The position numbers and the translations under genes are program-made. This document shows positions 63,583-64,000 of a stretch of 64,000 nt of DNA, piece by piece. Source of the DNA: Camelus dromedarius (lineage: Eukaryota); assembly GCF_036321535.1 (NCBI RefSeq), contig NC_087436.1, positions 90,274,001 through 90,338,000 on the forward strand, written 5' to 3'. The notes under the pieces are model-generated. The model ran no database searches and was not told the origin of the DNA. It saw only the letters and a program-made list of their open reading frames with translations. The first letter of the stretch is position 1. Each line of letters opens with the position of its first letter.

Positions 63583-64000
63583 GTGGAAGCTCACATTGCT
63601 TTTTCCCATTAAAAGAAAAAAAATTACTGCACTACAAGAGGCTGCTAGTAGAATGAGGCAAATCAGATAAAGATCTTAATATAAGTCCATTACATTTTCA
63701 TAAAAAACAACTTAAATATTTTTCTGTTAGTTGTGCAAAATGATGATGCTTTGCTTTGATGATACTGAATATTTCAAGGAAATATGAGGAAATAAAACTT
63801 TATCTCAGATTAACAGATCATCCAATAATTTCATTTCACACACATGCACACACATGCGTATATACACAGATAGATATAATAACTATGTTAACCTAAATTA
63901 TTTTAGCTCTAGAACTCAATACTCACTATATGAGCTTTAGAGTTTTTGTTTGTTTTCTTTATGGTAATTTATTTATAATGACAGCTGATTAACTTCAATG

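Noticed and set aside
1..64000. Host protein-coding genes among the short six-frame ORFs
   Set aside because: The ORFs are 60-142 aa, many start at non-ATG codons, show low-complexity F/L/I/K bias typical of AT-rich DNA and mostly overlap repeats. The only recognisable ones are retroelement remnants.
1..64000. CRISPR array, prokaryotic defence system, operon or other novel multi-gene system
   Set aside because: There are no regularly spaced repeat-spacer units and no gene-dense architecture; the sequence is plainly mammalian repeat-rich non-coding DNA.

Overview
This is AT-rich, CpG-depleted mammalian non-coding DNA (intergenic or deep intronic). It is most likely from a camelid, because it carries two tRNA-derived SINEs of the camelid Vic-1 type and three young L1 3' ends of cetartiodactyl type. 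I found no host protein-coding exon, intact RNA gene, CRISPR array or prokaryotic-type system. Roughly half or more of the window is recognisable transposon relics: MIR, L2, old L1M/HAL1, MaLR (MLT1) LTRs including one complete LTR-int-LTR element, two ERVL proviral 5' halves (LTR16A-like and LTR33-like, with gag remnants), an ERVL pol fragment, ERV1-type solo LTRs and MER3/MER46C DNA-transposon MITEs. The only ORFs I could assign are retroelement remnants (L1 ORF2, ERVL gag, MaLR ORF). The best observations are modest: a tailless 5S rRNA retropseudogene with an 18-bp TSD overlapping its 3' end, a three-level nested insertion (L2 > ERV1 LTR > young L1) with both TSDs readable, a CpG-retaining unique element at about 63.45-63.58 kb with a strong splice acceptor and a tRNA-like box A, and a template-switch hairpin. 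Repeat family names are assigned by eye from remembered consensus motifs, not from a database search. Boundaries of old repeats are approximate. I cannot support a novel biological system here.
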